Assembly (NCBI GenBank): GCA_026004495.1
Contig: BPJG01000001.1
Coordinates: 2,672 to 66,671 of the forward strand
From: Candidatus Parcubacteria bacterium
Lineage (GTDB): Bacteria > Patescibacteriota > Minisyncoccia > UBA6257 > HR35
Direction of reading: 5' to 3'
DNA: 64,000 nucleotides
Part shown: positions 46,416 through 56,062 of the stretch, in pieces
Numbering within the stretch: position 1 is the first letter of the stretch
Layout: every line of letters starts with the position of its first letter
Position numbers and translations under genes: made by a program
The notes under the pieces: generated by a model
Told to the model about the DNA's origin: nothing
The model's database searches: none
The model's input: only the letters and a program-made list of their open reading frames with translations

Positions 46416-46492
46416 ACATTCTAACATTCTATAGACTACAACCCACCCTCCACATCTTCCCGTTCTTTCGAACGGGCCCCTGTTAGAATGTT
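46416..46492 (+). ncRNA. GC-rich structured element: 12-bp perfect inverted repeat (AACATTCTAACA/TGTTAGAATGTT) enclosing a C-rich segment and an inner hairpin CCCGTTC-TTTC-GAACGGG. Function unknown (candidate sRNA or regulatory structure).
   Basis: Strong local GC enrichment and nested stems in a ~30% GC background, ~100 bp upstream of the methyltransferase gene. Confidence 0.35.
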
Positions 46493-46599
46493 GTTTCGTA
46501 TAAAAAGAGAAAAGGAGAAAAAAGGTATAAGAAAAATTGGAATGGTTTTTAAGATGTATAAAATTTATTATTCCTCAAGATATGCTAAAATTTAATTAA

Positions 46600-49197
46600 A
46601 TGGCACAGAATTACAAAGAAAAATTTTATGGGATATTAGAGGATATGTTTGTAGGAGATGCTGAGATAGAAGGGCAGGGAGGGTTTATTAATCTTTTAAA
46701 AATCAAGCAAAATTACTATCAAAAAGTTTTTAAACCAAAACTTGAAGAAAAAGTAAATGAAATTTTAACTAAATATCCAAATTTTGAGACAGAACTTTTT
46801 GAAAAACTTTATACATTCCTTTCTCGTTATTTTTCTGAATCAGGCTCAATTTATTTTGTTAATACTCCATCTTATCATCAAATTTATGAAAGAATTTACT
46901 CGGATAGAGAAGATGTAATTTTATTCTGGAAAACAAGAGATCTTTATTACATAAAAACAGATAGAATATATAAAAGTTTAGAAGTTGAAATAGAAAATTA
47001 TAAATTTTATTTTGATGTTTCAAAACTTGAATACAAAAAAGCAAACGAAAAAAGAGAAATAATTTATGAACTTGACAAAGATAAAACAACAAAAGATAAA
47101 ATTTACTTTTATGTTTATTATTCAGAAAGAGGAAAGACAACAAAAATTGAAGAGATATTAAAAGCATTAAAAAAGAAAGATATTAAACTTAATGAAGAAA
47201 TTTTGGAAAAAGCATTTAGAAGATTTGAGCAACAATCAGAAGTAGACTATTTTATTCATAAAAACGCAAAAGCTTTCTTATCAGAACAATTAAAACTTTA
47301 TATTTATAACTACCTTTTTAAAGAAGCTCAAAATTGGACAATTGAAAGAATTGATCAGATAAATAAATTTAAAGAAACCGTTGAACTTATAATTGATTTT
47401 GTTTCTAAATTTGAAGATGAATTAGTTAAGATATGGAATAAACCAAGATTTGTTTTAAATTCAAATTATGTAATAACTCTTGATAGAATAATAAAACAAA
47501 ACAAACAAAAAGGATTTGAAATTATAAAGAAAATAATTAAACATAAAAATTTTGATGAGCAAGTTAAGGAATGGAAAGAACTTGGAATTATTGATGAAAA
47601 CTTCAATAAGAATGAAATAATTGAAAAAGATTTAATAGGAGAAAATTTAAATTCAAAATACCAATTTTTGCCAATTGATACAAAATATTTTAAGGATTTA
47701 GAAATTGAAATTTTAGAACTTTTTGATGATTTAGATAATCAATTAGATGGTTGGCTAATAAAAAGTGAAAATTATCAAGCTTTAAATACAATACTTCCAA
47801 AATTTAAAGAAAAAGTACAAACGATTTATATTGATCCACCATTTAATAAAGAACAAGATGCTGATTATCTTTATAATGTTAAATACAAAGATGCTACTTG
47901 GATTACATTACTTGAAAATAGATTAAGATTGGCAAAAGATATTTTGAAGGATACAGGAAGCATTTTTGTAAGATGTGATTATAATGGCAATATGTTTGTT
48001 AAATTATTGATGAATGAAATTTTTGGAAAAGAGAATTTTAGAAATGAGATAATTTTACAGCGAGGTATGCAAACTAGAAAAGCGGAAAAAAGATTGTTAA
48101 ATAAAATCGATTCGCTTTTCTTTTATTTCAAAAGTTTAGAAAAAGGATACTTAAATATTTTACTACGAGAAAAGGAACATGTGATACATTTTAATGAAAC
48201 ATTAAAAGCATTGAAGAAACTGATCGAGCCCAAAGTTTTCGAAGAAATAAAAAATAAATTAAGCGAAACACTCTGGATGCCATTTTTAAGCATGCCAGGA
48301 GAACAAAAAACAAAAAATTCAAGAGAAATTTTTGGTATTAAACTTTATCCTCCCAAAGGAAGACATTGGGCATTTTCACAAGAGAATTTAAATTTGGCAA
48401 TTGAAAAAGGTATAGCGAGATTAGTTTGTAAAAATTGTGGAACTATAATATTAGATAAAAGCCAAATAGAAAATAGAAAATGCAAAAATTGTGGCGGAGC
48501 AGATTTAGAAGGACAAATTTATAGTTTATATAATCAAATAAATGATAATTGGACAGATATACCAGGTTACGAACAAGATCCAGATTTTCCTACTAAAAAC
48601 TCTGAAATTCTCTTAAAGCGTGTTATAGAATCAACATCTAACGAAGGCGATTTAGTTATGGATTTCTTTTTAGGAAGTGGTACAACAACAGCAGTAGCAC
48701 ATAAGCTCAAAAGAAAATGGCTTGGTGTTGAGATGGGTGAGCATTTTTACAGCGTGGTTTTGCCGAGAATGAAAAAAGTTTTGGCTTATGATAAATCTGG
48801 AATTTCAAAAGAAAAAGATATAAAAGAGAAATATAACGAAAACAATGCTGGAGGATTTTTTAAATACTACGAACTTGAGCAATATGAAGATATTTTAAGA
48901 AAAGCGAAATATCAAGATATAAACGAACCAAAAACATTATTTGATAAGGACTTTAATTATATTTTTATGCCTGATGAAAAAATGTTATCAGCATTAGAAA
49001 TTGATTATGAAAACAACAAAGTTAAATTTGATTTAAATAAAATTTACCCAAATATTGATATTGCTGAAACATTATTAAACTTGAAAGGAAAATGGATAAA
49101 GAAAATTACGAAAGATTATATTGAATTTGAGGATGGAGAAAAAATAGATTTAAATAATTTAGATTTAAAGTCGGTTAAAAATTTAATATGGTGGTGA
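46600..49197 (+). CDS. Large (865 aa) beta-class amino-DNA methyltransferase (Type III Mod-like N6A/N4C MTase). It has a ~400-aa uncharacterised N-terminal region and a Cys4 zinc ribbon.
   Basis: Motif IV IYIDPPFN precedes motif I VMDFFLGSGTT (beta-class order). CKNCG...CKNCGG ribbon in the presumed TRD. Confidence 0.75.
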   Translation: MAQNYKEKFYGILEDMFVGDAEIEGQGGFINLLKIKQNYYQKVFKPKLEEKVNEILTKYPNFETELFEKLYTFLSRYFSESGSIYFVNTPSYHQIYERIYSDREDVILFWKTRDLYYIKTDRIYKSLEVEIENYKFYFDVSKLEYKKANEKREIIYELDKDKTTKDKIYFYVYYSERGKTTKIEEILKALKKKDIKLNEEILEKAFRRFEQQSEVDYFIHKNAKAFLSEQLKLYIYNYLFKEAQNWTIERIDQINKFKETVELIIDFVSKFEDELVKIWNKPRFVLNSNYVITLDRIIKQNKQKGFEIIKKIIKHKNFDEQVKEWKELGIIDENFNKNEIIEKDLIGENLNSKYQFLPIDTKYFKDLEIEILELFDDLDNQLDGWLIKSENYQALNTILPKFKEKVQTIYIDPPFNKEQDADYLYNVKYKDATWITLLENRLRLAKDILKDTGSIFVRCDYNGNMFVKLLMNEIFGKENFRNEIILQRGMQTRKAEKRLLNKIDSLFFYFKSLEKGYLNILLREKEHVIHFNETLKALKKLIEPKVFEEIKNKLSETLWMPFLSMPGEQKTKNSREIFGIKLYPPKGRHWAFSQENLNLAIEKGIARLVCKNCGTIILDKSQIENRKCKNCGGADLEGQIYSLYNQINDNWTDIPGYEQDPDFPTKNSEILLKRVIESTSNEGDLVMDFFLGSGTTTAVAHKLKRKWLGVEMGEHFYSVVLPRMKKVLAYDKSGISKEKDIKEKYNENNAGGFFKYYELEQYEDILRKAKYQDINEPKTLFDKDFNYIFMPDEKMLSALEIDYENNKVKFDLNKIYPNIDIAETLLNLKGKWIKKITKDYIEFEDGEKIDLNNLDLKSVKNLIWW

Positions 49198-49201
49198 GAA
49201 G

Positions 49202-49669
49202 ATGGAAAATGAAATTTTAAAAATAATTTTAAATAATATATTACCTTCTGTTATTCTTTTTATTTTATATAAATTTGTAGAAGAATTTATAATAAAACCG
49301 CATTTGGAATACAAAAAAATAATAGCTAAAATTGATCATTTTTTGAAATTTTATCTCAATATAATTTGGAACATCAATCCACCTACTAGAACTAAGCCGT
49401 ATGAACCCTTACCCGAAGATTGGGGAAAAGCAAAAGAAACATTTAGAAACTTATCTTGCGAGCTAGAAGCTCAATATAAATCTATGATTTTAAAACGTTT
49501 TTTGCCCAATAAGAAGTATATTGACACTGCAATTAAGGATTTAATGATATTATCAAACATAATAGGCACTGTAAATGATTATAAAGGTGCATTTCAAAAC
49601 AAAGCAATTAACTTAGAAGAAGAAATTAGAACATGCTTAAGAATATCTCGAATGATCGATGAAAAATAA
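49202..49669 (+). CDS. Hypothetical 155-aa protein with an N-terminal TM segment, in the mod-res operon
   Basis: Begins 5 bp after the mod stop and overlaps the next gene by 11 bp. No motif recognised. Confidence 0.4.
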   Translation: MENEILKIILNNILPSVILFILYKFVEEFIIKPHLEYKKIIAKIDHFLKFYLNIIWNINPPTRTKPYEPLPEDWGKAKETFRNLSCELEAQYKSMILKRFLPNKKYIDTAIKDLMILSNIIGTVNDYKGAFQNKAINLEEEIRTCLRISRMIDEK

Positions 49670-50432
49670 AAATTTATCAATTAAGCAAAAACAAGAAATA
49701 ATAAGAAAGAAAGCAAGAGAAATATTAGAAAAACATAATGAGGGAATAAGATATATGGATTTAGTAAGAAAAGTTAAAGAAGAATGCCCGGGAATAGACT
49801 TGCGTAGAATTAAGTGGGAAGTTTGGTATTTACCAAGGATATCCCAAGATGTAATAAAACCCGAGAGAGGACTGCTTATTTTGAAAAAATATTATGAGGA
49901 AATTTCAAAAGGAGAAACAGAGGTAAAAGAAAAAAGAATTTATAGAATAGATGAATCTGTTTTTTATCAACATTTTGCTGATTATTTAGTGAATGAATTA
50001 GAAGAATGTACAAAAGCTATATCATTGGGAGGAAGTAGATTCCAGGATAAGTGGGGAACTCCTGATGTATTGGGAATATATAAAATTTCTGAAACTGAAC
50101 CCATAAGACCTTTGCCTGAAATAATAAGCGCTGAAATAAAAATTGATATTAATCAATTAATAACTGCTTTTGGCCAGGCTTGTGCTTATAAATTATTTAG
50201 TCATAAAGTTTATTTAGTTGTGCCTAAGGATGCTTCGCCTGTGGATTTGAGCAGATTAGAATCTTTATGCTTAAGATTTAGTATTGGTTTAATAACTTTT
50301 GATAGAAATAATTCTCAAAATCCAGATTTTAGAATAATAACGAGAGCAATTAAAAGCGAACCTGATTATTTTTATGTTAATGAATATTTAAGAAGATTAG
50401 ATAAAAGAGATTTAAAAGAGTTATTTGGATAA
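49659..50432 (+). CDS. Hypothetical 257-aa protein: N-terminal winged-helix-like region plus a possible PD-(D/E)xK-like (Mrr/restriction-endonuclease-like) core
   Basis: ...GGSRFQDKWGTPDVLGIYK...PEIISAEIKID (candidate D...ExK). Overlaps the res start by 8 bp. The fold assignment is speculative. Confidence 0.35.
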   Translation: MKNKNLSIKQKQEIIRKKAREILEKHNEGIRYMDLVRKVKEECPGIDLRRIKWEVWYLPRISQDVIKPERGLLILKKYYEEISKGETEVKEKRIYRIDESVFYQHFADYLVNELEECTKAISLGGSRFQDKWGTPDVLGIYKISETEPIRPLPEIISAEIKIDINQLITAFGQACAYKLFSHKVYLVVPKDASPVDLSRLESLCLRFSIGLITFDRNNSQNPDFRIITRAIKSEPDYFYVNEYLRRLDKRDLKELFG

Positions 50433-53304
50433 ATTTATGAATATTAAACTTATCTTAAAAAACATACTTGAAAACATTGATTTAAACGATCTATCTTCTA
50501 ATTGGCATAATTTTGATTTTGAGAGTTTTTCGAAAGATAAGAAGCTTTATGATTTTCAAATTGAGGCGTTAGAGAATTTTTTAAAAGTTTTGTGGTTTTA
50601 TTACGAAAAAGACTTTGATTACCAAGAAGGAGAAAATTTAGAAATCAATGATAAAAGAAAAGAAAAATTGTTTAAAGAATATTTAGATTATGATTTAAAT
50701 CATAAAGATGTTTCTCTTAAATACAAGGAAGAAAAGAAACATAAATTTATTTTTGAGTATTATCCTTTAGAAAATGAAGAAATAAATTTTAAGCATCTGG
50801 TGAATAGAGCTGGGTTTTGGATGGCGACAGGAAGTGGAAAAACATTAGTAATTGTTAAAATTATTGAATTTTTAAGAGAATTGATAAAAAGAAAAGAAAT
50901 TCCTAATTTTGATATTTTATTTTTAACTCACAGAGAAGACTTAATAAATCAATTTAAAAAGCATATTGAAGAATATAATGAAGGTATGGAAGATAAAATT
51001 ACAGTTTATGATTTAAAAGAATACGAAGAATTAAAAAGAAATTTATTTTGTCAAAATTTTGTTTTTTACTATAGAGCTGATTTGTTTTCTGATGAAGAAA
51101 AAGAAAAGATTGTAGATTTTAGAAATTATTATAATGATGGGAAGTGGTTTGTAATTTTAGATGAAGCTCATAAAGGTGATACTGAAGAATCAAAAAGACA
51201 ACATATATTTTCAATACTTTCTAAAAATGGATTTCTATTTAATTTTTCAGCAACTTTTAGTGATCCTATTGATTTAATTACCACTTGTTTTGAATATAAT
51301 CTTTCAACATTTATTGAAAATGGTTATGGAAAGAAAATTTATATTTCAGATTATGAAGCAAGAGTTTTTAAGAATAAAGATGATTTTAGACAAAAAGAAA
51401 AGCAAAAAATTATTTTAAAAGGGTTAATTCTTTTCACTTATATTAAAAAGCAGTTAAATAAAATTAGAGAAAAAATTTTAAATGCTTATCATAATCCATT
51501 ACTCCTTGTTTTAGTGAATTCTGTAAATCAAGAAGATGCTGATTTAAAGTTATTTTTTGAAGAAATTAAAAACATAGTAGAAGGGAGTTTTGATAAGGGT
51601 TTAATTGAAGAAACTAAAAATGAATTAATTAAAGAATTTAAAGAAAAAGAAGAATTTGTAATTCCGGAAAATGATAAATTAAAGATAGATTTTAATTTGC
51701 TTTCAGAAATAAATTATCAGGATATTTTAAAAGATGTTTTTAATTCTGGTGAAGAAGGAAAAATAGAAATTTCTTATAGTCCCAGAGAAAAAGGAGAAGT
51801 TGCTTTTAAATTAAAAACATCTACTTCTCATTTTGCTTTGATTAAAACAGGAGCTATGCCAGATTGGCTTGAAAGTTCTTTAAATAAATTTGAAGTTAAT
51901 CATAAATTTGAAAACGAGAAGTTTTTTGAAGAAATAAATAGTGAAAATTCATCAATAAATATATTATTAGGTTCAAGAGTTTTTTATGAAGGATGGGACT
52001 CAAACAGACCAAATATTATTATGTTTATAAATATAGGTACGCAAAAAGATGCTAAAAAATTCGTTTTACAATCAATTGGAAGAGGTATAAGAATTGAACC
52101 GATAAAAAATGAAAGAAAAAGATTTTTGTATATTAAAGAAAAAATGGGTGAAGTTTTTGATGAAATTAAAGATTATATTTCGTCGATAGAAAGTTTATTT
52201 ATTTTTGGAACTAATAAAAATGCTATTGAAACTATAATTAAAGAGGTTAATACATTCAAAAAAGAAACATTTAGGGGTGTTAAAATCTCTCTTTTCAAAA
52301 ATGTTGAAGCAATCAAAGAGAATATTTTGTTAGTACCGAAATATAAAGAGGGAGAAAAAAGAATTTTTGAAGAAGAGATTAGATATGGAATTTCTGAAAA
52401 TGATTTTGAAAAATTAAAAGAATTTAATGAATTTATTAGAGATGACAGAGTTTTGTTAATGTTTTTTAATACTGAACCAAAATTAATTAAATATTTTAGG
52501 GAATCTTTGACTAAGCAAGTTGAATTAGATAGCGGAAATTATTATAAAAAAGCAGATTTAGAAAGAGTGGATGTTAAGGTAATTTTAACTGATATTTTTA
52601 GTTTTTGGGGAGCAAGATTTAAAGATTTTGAAAAGCTGGAGGAATTAAAAGATGAAATAAGGCATTTTGAAAATGTTGTTATTGAAGAAGCTAAATTCAA
52701 AGATTTTAACTCTATAAAAGAAGCTGTTTTGAGCACAAAAAGAAGTTTACCGTTTGAAAATTTGAAATTGGAATATATAGCTAATCATTATTATTTCCCT
52801 TTAATTTTAAGTAAAGATGAAAAAATTGATTATATTAAACATATCATTAAAACAAAAAGTGAAGTTGAATTTATTGAAAAACTTGAAAATTACTTAGATT
52901 CAGAAAATAATAAATTTAAAGAATTTGATTGGTGGATGTTTAGTAAAATTGATGAGAGTTTAGACGAAGTTTATATTCCTTATTATGATATTGAAAAAGG
53001 TTCTATAAGAAAATTTAAACCAGATTTTATATTTTGGCTTAAAAAAGCTAATAATTATTTTATTGTTTTTGTTGATCCAAAATCTACAAAATTCACTGAT
53101 TATGAAAATAAAATTTCTTGGTATAAAAGATTATTTGAAAAGAATGACAAACTAAAGGCTTTTGAATATAAAAACTTGAAATGTTATGTATATTGTTTCT
53201 TATATACCGATGATAAAGACAAAGTGAAAAATTTTGGTTATGAAAATTATTGGTTTGAAAGTATAGATGATATGTTGGCAAAAATTCTAAAAATGTCTTT
53301 TTAA
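50425..53304 (+). CDS. Type III restriction Res-like protein: SF2 DEAH helicase plus a C-terminal PD-(D/E)xK nuclease
   Basis: Walker A MATGSGKTLV, DEAH box VILDEAHKGD, motif III FSATFSD, motif VI QSIGRGIRI and C-terminal KPDFIFW..(15)..VDPK. Confidence 0.75.
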   Translation: MDKFMNIKLILKNILENIDLNDLSSNWHNFDFESFSKDKKLYDFQIEALENFLKVLWFYYEKDFDYQEGENLEINDKRKEKLFKEYLDYDLNHKDVSLKYKEEKKHKFIFEYYPLENEEINFKHLVNRAGFWMATGSGKTLVIVKIIEFLRELIKRKEIPNFDILFLTHREDLINQFKKHIEEYNEGMEDKITVYDLKEYEELKRNLFCQNFVFYYRADLFSDEEKEKIVDFRNYYNDGKWFVILDEAHKGDTEESKRQHIFSILSKNGFLFNFSATFSDPIDLITTCFEYNLSTFIENGYGKKIYISDYEARVFKNKDDFRQKEKQKIILKGLILFTYIKKQLNKIREKILNAYHNPLLLVLVNSVNQEDADLKLFFEEIKNIVEGSFDKGLIEETKNELIKEFKEKEEFVIPENDKLKIDFNLLSEINYQDILKDVFNSGEEGKIEISYSPREKGEVAFKLKTSTSHFALIKTGAMPDWLESSLNKFEVNHKFENEKFFEEINSENSSINILLGSRVFYEGWDSNRPNIIMFINIGTQKDAKKFVLQSIGRGIRIEPIKNERKRFLYIKEKMGEVFDEIKDYISSIESLFIFGTNKNAIETIIKEVNTFKKETFRGVKISLFKNVEAIKENILLVPKYKEGEKRIFEEEIRYGISENDFEKLKEFNEFIRDDRVLLMFFNTEPKLIKYFRESLTKQVELDSGNYYKKADLERVDVKVILTDIFSFWGARFKDFEKLEELKDEIRHFENVVIEEAKFKDFNSIKEAVLSTKRSLPFENLKLEYIANHYYFPLILSKDEKIDYIKHIIKTKSEVEFIEKLENYLDSENNKFKEFDWWMFSKIDESLDEVYIPYYDIEKGSIRKFKPDFIFWLKKANNYFIVFVDPKSTKFTDYENKISWYKRLFEKNDKLKAFEYKNLKCYVYCFLYTDDKDKVKNFGYENYWFESIDDMLAKILKMSF

Positions 53305-53363
53305 AATCTATTAATATATTAAATCTATGTAATTTTCATTATTCATTGTCATAGTAGAAAATA

Positions 53364-53900
53364 ATGAAAAATTACTTAGTAATTAAACGAAAAGTGAAGT
53401 ATTTGAGGTTGGAGATAAGGGAGTTTAATTTGAGGGTGATTGTGCCGGAGGGGTTTAGTGGAGATGTTGAGAAAGTTATTGAAAGACATAAAAGGTGGTT
53501 GGAGAAAAAATTTGCTTTGTTGAATGAAATAAAAAGTTTGAGTGAAGGTTTGGAAATTTATAATCACGAGAATTTAGAAGAAATTGTTGATGGATATATA
53601 GATGAAATTAGTCAGATTTTGAAAGTAAGGCCAAAAGAAGTTTCTTTTAGAAATATGAAAGTAAGATGGGGAAGTTGTACTTCAGATGGAAGATTGATTT
53701 TTAATAAAAAATTAAAATTTTTGCCGAAAGAACTTATAAGATATGTTGCTATTCACGAAATGTGTCATTTGTTAGTAAGAAATCATAAAAAAGAATTTTG
53801 GCAATTAGTGGAGAAATTATGTCCTGAATTCAAGAATTATCAAAAGTTGTTAGTGGGGTATAAGATGAGATTAGAGAATAATTTTAAACTATCTTATTAA
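53364..53900 (+). CDS. DUF45/YgjP-like (WLM/SprT-like) zinc metallopeptidase, a type commonly encoded next to R-M helicase subunits
   Basis: HExxH: RYVAIHEMCHLLVRNHKKEFW. Confidence 0.7.
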   Translation: MKNYLVIKRKVKYLRLEIREFNLRVIVPEGFSGDVEKVIERHKRWLEKKFALLNEIKSLSEGLEIYNHENLEEIVDGYIDEISQILKVRPKEVSFRNMKVRWGSCTSDGRLIFNKKLKFLPKELIRYVAIHEMCHLLVRNHKKEFWQLVEKLCPEFKNYQKLLVGYKMRLENNFKLSY

Positions 53901-54017
53901 ATTATTGTGTAATGGTTAACAATAGGATTGTTTTTTTATTATTTCCGAAATGTATTTATCTTTTTCTTAAATAAGTTTAGTGGTTTCTATTTTCCTTTAA
54001 AATTAAGAAATATAATT

Positions 54018-54089
54018 TGGGCGCAGGAGGATTTGAACCTCCGACCTCCTCGATGTGAACGAGGCGTTCTGCCACTGAACTATACGCCC
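54018..54089 (-). tRNA. tRNA-Val (anticodon CAC)
   Basis: GGGCGUAUAGUUCAGUGGCAGAACGCCUCGUUCACAUCGAGGAGGUCGGAGGUUCAAAUCCUCCUGCGCCCA: cloverleaf with a 7-bp acceptor stem, the GGUUCAAAUCC T-arm and anticodon loop UUCACAU. CCA is not encoded. Confidence 0.9.
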
Positions 54090-54244
54090 TTAATATTTTT
54101 GTTTTTTATTTATATTTTTGTTATTTTTTAGATAAATAGATATAATTTAATTTTATCAAAATTTTCAGTTTTAATCTTATTTCATTTATAATTTTGAATA
54201 ATTTAAGGTTGATAACAATAACTTAAAAAACTTAAAATAATATT

Positions 54245-54922
54245 ATGACCGAAAAAACTATTTATCTTTCACCATCAAAACTTAATTTATTTTTAAATTG
54301 TCCTTTATGTTTTTGGTTAAGTGAAGTTGAAAAAGTTCATCGACCAGAAGGAATTTCTTCAACTTTGCCAAGAGGAATGGATCTATTAATTAAAAAATAT
54401 TTTGATAAGTACAGAGCTTTAGGTAAATTACCGCCAGAAATTGAAGGCAAAGTGAGAGGAAAATTAATTAATGAAAGCATTTTAAAAAAATGGCGAACAA
54501 CTCACAAATATAGTGAACCATTTTATTACAATGAAAGATTAGATGCAGTTCTATTTGGTGGATTAGATGAATGTTTGGTCGATGATGAATATTATATTCC
54601 TACTGATTATAAAACTTATGGCTTTGAATTAAAAGAAAACTCTCATTCTTTTCATCAATTACAACTTGATGCCTATACTTTAATGCTTCAGGCTAACGGC
54701 TATAAACATTTAAACTTAGCTTATTTAATTTATTATATTCCTCAAGAAATTAAAGAAAATGGAGTAATTAAGTTCAAAGTTGAAGTAGTTGAAGTTAAGA
54801 CAAATCCAGAAAATGCAAAAATGATTTTTGAATCAGCAATTAATCTCTTAAGAGGGCCAAAACCAAAATCCCATAGTGAATGCGAATATTGCTCTTGGAC
54901 AAACGAGTTTTTTAAGCATTAG
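54245..54922 (+). CDS. Cas4/RecB-family PD-(D/E)xK exonuclease-like protein with a 4-Cys cluster (stand-alone; no CRISPR array or other cas genes present)
   Basis: N-terminal Cys (NCPLCFWL), IPTDYKTYG (D/ExK), the QLQLDAYTLML (QxxxY) motif and C-terminal CEYCSW. Confidence 0.55.
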   Translation: MTEKTIYLSPSKLNLFLNCPLCFWLSEVEKVHRPEGISSTLPRGMDLLIKKYFDKYRALGKLPPEIEGKVRGKLINESILKKWRTTHKYSEPFYYNERLDAVLFGGLDECLVDDEYYIPTDYKTYGFELKENSHSFHQLQLDAYTLMLQANGYKHLNLAYLIYYIPQEIKENGVIKFKVEVVEVKTNPENAKMIFESAINLLRGPKPKSHSECEYCSWTNEFFKH

Positions 54923-54934
54923 CAAATACCTCTT

Positions 54935-56062
54935 ATGATCATAAATAATTCATTATTTAAGTTTGGTATTGAGCATGAAATTGCTTTAGTTAATAAAAAT
55001 GGTAAATTTTTGGATCATAGAAGTTTAAGCTTAAATAGTTTAAATAAAATTATTCAAAAATTTCCTGTTTATCAAAATGATTATCAGTATTTGAGAATTG
55101 GTGATTTGGGTATTAAAGTTAAAAGAGTTTATGTAGAGGGTTTAGAGATCTTTGATAAAGATGGTTATTTAATAAAACAATATCCTAAAGGATTAGAATT
55201 AAGAACAAGACCTAATAGTAATATTGATCATTTATTTGCTGAGTTTTTAAGTGATTTTAATTTTATTTCCAAAAGCTTAAAACAATTTAAAATCCAACCA
55301 ACATTTTTAAGTTTTAATCCGTATTTAGATAGAGTAAATATAAAAATTGAACTACATTCTTATGAGAAAAAATTAAGAAGTGAGGACCCAGGAAGAAAAA
55401 CTGCTTCTTTTACTTTACTTACTTTTGGTCCTGATATAAATATTTCTTTTTCTGAATTAAGTGATAAAGGTATTTTAGATATTATTTTGAAACTTAATTA
55501 TTATGCTCCTTTTATTGTGCCCCTTACCTTTTCTTCGCCATTTTATAAAGGTAAATTATGGGATGGTTATTCAGTTAGAACTTATTTCCGTTCACAGTTA
55601 AGGCCATCGGCAGTTGGTTTTATTAATGATAAAAATTTGCTTTTAAAATATTCAGATAAGTGGATATTAAATAAAAATAGAACAGAAAGTGAGAGTGGGA
55701 GAATTGAATTTAAGGCAATTGATACTATTTGGGATATTAAAATTTATAAAGGTCTTTTTATAATTTTAAAGGGTTTGATTTTAGAAAATAATTTAAAGGG
55801 TAGAGCAGAATGGTCAGATAAAAAATTAATGGAGTTATCAGCTAAATATGGTTTTGATGATAATTTAATTTATGATGGTGCTTATGAGGTTTTATCTACC
55901 TGTTATAAAATTATTAGAAACAATGAAGAAAGAAAATATTTAAAATATCTATTTGAAGTTTTAAAGAAAAAATGGAATTTTAGTAAAATATTAATTAGTG
56001 ATTTTAAAAAATTCGGATCAATAAATAAAGTTCTAATAAAATATGACAAATTTAAAATATGA
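54935..56062 (+). CDS. Hypothetical protein, weakly resembling the carboxylate-amine ligase/GCS2 family
   Basis: N-terminal FGIEHEIALVNKNGKF resembles the GCS2 start. Otherwise unsupported. Confidence 0.3.
   Translation: MIINNSLFKFGIEHEIALVNKNGKFLDHRSLSLNSLNKIIQKFPVYQNDYQYLRIGDLGIKVKRVYVEGLEIFDKDGYLIKQYPKGLELRTRPNSNIDHLFAEFLSDFNFISKSLKQFKIQPTFLSFNPYLDRVNIKIELHSYEKKLRSEDPGRKTASFTLLTFGPDINISFSELSDKGILDIILKLNYYAPFIVPLTFSSPFYKGKLWDGYSVRTYFRSQLRPSAVGFINDKNLLLKYSDKWILNKNRTESESGRIEFKAIDTIWDIKIYKGLFIILKGLILENNLKGRAEWSDKKLMELSAKYGFDDNLIYDGAYEVLSTCYKIIRNNEERKYLKYLFEVLKKKWNFSKILISDFKKFGSINKVLIKYDKFKI

Noticed and set aside
53928-54131. 67-aa ORF on the plus strand
   Set aside because: It lies antisense across the tRNA-Val gene (54018..54089). 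Artefactual.
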